Positions 34,677-37,447 of a stretch of 37,447 bases of DNA are shown piece by piece. The notes beneath the pieces are model-generated. The model was not told where the DNA came from, made no database searches, and saw only the letters and a program-made list of their open reading frames with translations. The DNA is taken from IMG/VR virus record IMGVR_UViG_3300020044_005221, positions 1-37,447 of that record. One strand, 5' to 3'. The translations under genes and the position numbers were made by a program. The stretch is from a virus. Taxonomy: Duplodnaviria; Caudoviricetes. Numbering within the stretch: position 1 is the stretch's first letter; the number at the start of each line of letters is the position of its first letter.

Positions 34677-35602
34677 GTAGTTTGTCCTATTAAGGTAAGT
34701 TGATTAGAGATAATATCTTCTAATTTAAGCTGTATTTGATACTGAGATAACTCTTCTTCCAGTTTCTTTTCTTGAGATTTAGTAATTGGTTTAATTAATA
34801 ACTTATCTGATAAGTTACATATACCATAATACTTGCATTCCCCAAACATACCTTTGCAAGCTGAACCTTCTTTAGGGAAGTAATTCATAGACTCATAAAG
34901 TTCTAAGGTTTTCCGCGCTAGAATTACTGTTTGTATCCACTCAGCTTTAAGCAGTGCTGACTTATGCATTGGCATCTGTAACCATTCCTGAGTCTCCGTT
35001 CTATATATCAGATATAAAATATCAAAGGAATTAAGTCCAGGCATTATATAATCCAAAACTACAGCATATCCAAGGGCTTGAGTTGAGTTACCAAAGTCAG
35101 CTTGAGTTATTGACTTAGCAGAACTTGTCTTAAGTTCAATAACCATTACTTTCTTAGTTACTCTATGTTGTACTACTAAGTCAATAAATCCACGATCATT
35201 AAAGTCATCGCCAAGGTCAATAAGATAACTTAACTCAACTGCAGGCTTCCCTTGCCAATAATATAATTCCCAATCAGAAAGTAAGCCAGCTTCACGCAGG
35301 TCAATTAACTTTCTCACAGCGTGTATTGCATACCATAATGACTTAGTATGTTTAGTGGAGTCTATTAGAATAGGTACTTCCCAATTCAAAAACAGTTTCC
35401 AAATTATCTCATCAATTTGCGCCCCTTGCCAGACTAATTGCACACCTAATCCTACAGCGTGCCCAAAAGACATTGTTATCTCTGAATTAGTATCCTCAAA
35501 TTCATTACTAGCAACACCTAACTTTGAGAGTTGATAGCGTCTAGGGCATTTAGTAAGTGATGAGCGAGAAGAATAACTTATCTGTTTAAGTCTTTTATCC
35601 AT
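34673..35602 (-). CDS. PD-(D/E)XK (Cas4/AddB-like) exonuclease
   Basis: SYSS...CPRRY, FGHAV, GFIDLV...VIELKT, QALGY; one N-terminal plus three C-terminal Cys (Fe-S pattern). Confidence 0.88.
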   Translation of the reverse strand: MDKRLKQISYSSRSSLTKCPRRYQLSKLGVASNEFEDTNSEITMSFGHAVGLGVQLVWQGAQIDEIIWKLFLNWEVPILIDSTKHTKSLWYAIHAVRKLIDLREAGLLSDWELYYWQGKPAVELSYLIDLGDDFNDRGFIDLVVQHRVTKKVMVIELKTSSAKSITQADFGNSTQALGYAVVLDYIMPGLNSFDILYLIYRTETQEWLQMPMHKSALLKAEWIQTVILARKTLELYESMNYFPKEGSACKGMFGECKYYGICNLSDKLLIKPITKSQEKKLEEELSQYQIQLKLEDIISNQLTLIGQTT

Positions 35603-35858
35603 TATTATGTTCTCTAGTTACTTCATTCCAATATTGTAATAGCTGGCTAATATCTACTCTTAAGGCATTAGTGAGAGTAATTAATAAGTAGTTTCTCTGA
35701 TACTCTTGAACTGATATCTTCTTATACTTAGCTAACTCAGTGGTATCAATCGGTTCTAAGTTTCTAACTAGCAATCTAACCATTCCAGCATGAAACAATC
35801 TACGCTCACTTAATTTATTAATTAATACTAACAAAGCCCATAATGGATACTTGCTCAT
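35595..35858 (-). CDS. Hypothetical protein
   Basis: Tight operon packing. Confidence 0.6.
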   Translation of the reverse strand: MSKYPLWALLVLINKLSERRLFHAGMVRLLVRNLEPIDTTELAKYKKISVQEYQRNYLLITLTNALRVDISQLLQYWNEVTREHNNG

Positions 35859-35860
35859 GA

Positions 35861-36355
35861 TTAAACATCGTCGACAGTTAGTACTTTCTTCTTACTTGCT
35901 CTTGGTTTTGTAATACCTTCACTTATCTTAACATTAGCATGAATTTCCGCGCCTTGCACAATCACTGCTATTTCTTCCGGCTTGAGTATCGTCACACAAT
36001 CCGGTGTATCTTTTAATTGTTTCCAGATTGTAGAGAGTAATTGTGGCATGTTAGGATGAACTTCGTGGATTGCAACTCTAAGTGATTCTATATTATTTAA
36101 AATGCGGCCTATGTCAGAATCATTAATAGTAGGTATTGCAACTTGACTGGTTTTAGCTAATTGAGAATCAGAAGGCGAATGAGATTGATTCGCATTTACT
36201 GTTATTGGTACAGATAATTTCTTGGGAAGGTTAATCTTAACCTGTTGATTTGTTTGAGTTATTGAATCATTTATGCACTGAGCTACTGTAGGATTTTCTG
36301 TAGTTTTATTCTGAGTGCCTAACTTTGCCGCTATTTTATCTCGTAACGATATCAT
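35861..36355 (-). CDS. Hypothetical protein (start revised to ATG 36355)
   Basis: GGAG RBS in the upstream gene end; helical C-terminal domain. Confidence 0.7.
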   Translation of the reverse strand: MISLRDKIAAKLGTQNKTTENPTVAQCINDSITQTNQQVKINLPKKLSVPITVNANQSHSPSDSQLAKTSQVAIPTINDSDIGRILNNIESLRVAIHEVHPNMPQLLSTIWKQLKDTPDCVTILKPEEIAVIVQGAEIHANVKISEGITKPRASKKKVLTVDDV

Positions 36356-36356
36356 C

Positions 36357-36554
36357 TTAATTAACTCCAATTTTGCGCGCTATCCAGTCACTTATTACAA
36401 TCTCATTCGGATGAATTTCATCAATATGGCTGTAAGGAATCCATTCAACTTGTTTAAGTTTAGTATGGGGTGAAATAAATTCCCATTGGATAGCCTTAGC
36501 TGAATTGCTTAATTGCGTACCTTTTAATCTTACTTGAAAATGTCGATTGCTCAT
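36357..36554 (-). CDS. Hypothetical protein
   Basis: SAKAI...WIPYSHI...ISDWIARK pattern of small phage beta proteins; TGATG coupling. Confidence 0.7.
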   Translation of the reverse strand: MSNRHFQVRLKGTQLSNSAKAIQWEFISPHTKLKQVEWIPYSHIDEIHPNEIVISDWIARKIGVN

Positions 36555-36811
36555 CAGACAGTATCCTTTCCGTTAATCTCTACAAGTCTTAATGTCAATA
36601 ATTTGCCATGATCTGCTATCGTAGCTTGTATCTGATACCTTTTACCTGATGTTTGCCGATGTGCTTTGAAAAGTTTATCTAAGTCTTTTCTTTTTCTTAC
36701 TGCTTTGGCTACTCGCGCGGCTGTTAAGGAATCCGATGTTTGAATCATTATTTTCCTGTGCTCTCGGAGAGATTGCCATAGATGCAGATACATGCTTATT
36801 CGCGTATTCAT
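36554..36811 (-). CDS. Hypothetical basic protein
   Basis: Operon packing; stop overlaps the next start. Confidence 0.65.
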   Translation of the reverse strand: MNTRISMYLHLWQSLREHRKIMIQTSDSLTAARVAKAVRKRKDLDKLFKAHRQTSGKRYQIQATIADHGKLLTLRLVEINGKDTV

Positions 36812-36819
36812 TCTTATCT

Positions 36820-37110
36820 CTACTTCTTTTTATTCACTAGACTACTATTTTTGTATATGTCCTTAACCCTTCCAGTCACTTTCATGACATGTTCAAGACT
36901 ATACTGTATTCTTCTTAATGTCCTTAATTCCTCAGGTGTTAGATGTTCTTCTTCATTCTCTGAATGAAAAGCATCGGATATATAACTATCAATCTTACGG
37001 ATTGTAATTTCTAAATGGGAATGAATGCCGCCTATGAGAAATAAGATTTGTCCTTTAACCCTATTCAATGCTTTGCTTGGCTTTTTCTTTTTAGTTAGAT
37101 TAATCATCAA
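36820..37110 (-). CDS. Hypothetical basic protein
   Basis: GGGG-type RBS; start 37110 (TTG) or 37107 (ATG). Confidence 0.6.
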   Translation of the reverse strand: MMINLTKKKKPSKALNRVKGQILFLIGGIHSHLEITIRKIDSYISDAFHSENEEEHLTPEELRTLRRIQYSLEHVMKVTGRVKDIYKNSSLVNKKK

Positions 37111-37146
37111 TCATTACCCCATTTAACATAATGTAGAATTAAAGAC

Positions 37147-37199
37147 AAAAAAAGAGGTAGATACTTTGCAGACGGGAGGGAGTCCCAGTATCTACCCCT
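37147..37199 (-). terminator. Intrinsic terminator with large C-rich loop
   Basis: On -: AGGGGTAGATACT...AGTATCTACCTCT followed by a T7 tract. Confidence 0.75.
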
Positions 37200-37276
37200 A
37201 AGCCAGTTATTCACTGGCAATCGAGAAGTGGTCTTACAATTTACAGCTAAGGTGTTACTTACTTCAAAAAACAGGA

Positions 37277-37447
37277 TTAAACCAAGTCAGCCAGTTTCGC
37301 TTCATCAAATTCAAGGAAAGTAGTGATCTTCGTTTCCAATGCTTTGATGCATTCAGCATAGTTTTCAGCGTTTGGGGCTTTTTCAGCATACAAGGCCAAA
37401 CGGGCATACAAGGCATTGAGAATTGGCTTGTTCGTTTTATCCTGTGC
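37277..37447 (-). CDS. 3' end of a hypothetical protein (truncated by window edge)
   Basis: Open frame AQDKTNKPILNALYARLALYAEK...AKLADLV* from 37447 to the stop at 37277. Confidence 0.7.
   Translation of the reverse strand, partial: AQDKTNKPILNALYARLALYAEKAPNAENYAECIKALETKITTFLEFDEAKLADLV

Larger units (their letters stand above)
1..37447. mobile_element. Tailed dsDNA phage genome segment (podovirus-like, probably lytic); convergent structural (+) and replication (-) arms
   Basis: Terminase, portal, capsid and ejection-type genes on +; PolA, helicase-like, SSB and nuclease genes on -. No tape measure, sheath, integrase or host housekeeping genes seen. Confidence 0.96.

Noticed and set aside
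34673-35602. CRISPR-Cas locus (Cas4-like gene)
   Set aside because: No repeat-spacer array or other cas genes; stand-alone Cas4-like nucleases are common in phage recombination modules.
668-36967. Short antisense or alternate-frame ORFs in the track (e.g. 668-868, 5901-6269, 12822-13169, 25634-25969, 29361-29648)
   Set aside because: They lie within or largely overlap well-supported genes and have no recognisable motifs; treated as shadow ORFs.

Overview
The whole window is one AT-rich tailed-phage genome segment of podovirus type, truncated at both ends. It has two convergent arms that meet at a bidirectional terminator (~23684-23728). The + arm (1-23670) is morphogenesis and lysis: probable small terminase (partial), large terminase, portal, scaffold, decoration-like protein, SU10/DUF5309-type major capsid, adaptor, an 884-aa fibre, tail nozzle, three ejection-type proteins, two more fibre/depolymerase-like genes and holin-like genes. 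The - arm (23733-37447) is early/replication: Cas4-like PD-(D/E)XK nuclease, AAA_24/Sak4-like ATPase, SSB-like protein, family A DNA polymerase, DUF3987 helicase-like ATPase, two MazG-type pyrophosphatases, a DEDDh exonuclease and many small accessory ORFs. I see no integrase, repressor, primase, endolysin, tRNA or CRISPR array. The most striking unexplained signal is a pair of intergenic minus-strand elements (26171-26257 and 32865-32964). They share the same predicted fold: basal stem, G-G mismatch, AAG/CUU, bulged A, a 12-bp stem and a two-hairpin three-way junction. Their 12-bp stems and loops have different sequences, which suggests an undescribed phage structured-RNA or processing-element family. 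Other notable points: a candidate pseudoknot next to one copy, a shared basic C-terminal peptide (KLGGLK[IL]G) on the SSB and the ATPase, His at the PolA '762' position, a repeat-bounded trio of tiny membrane proteins, and a decoration-like domain reused inside the fibre. All functional calls rest on motif recognition and synteny only; no searches were run.
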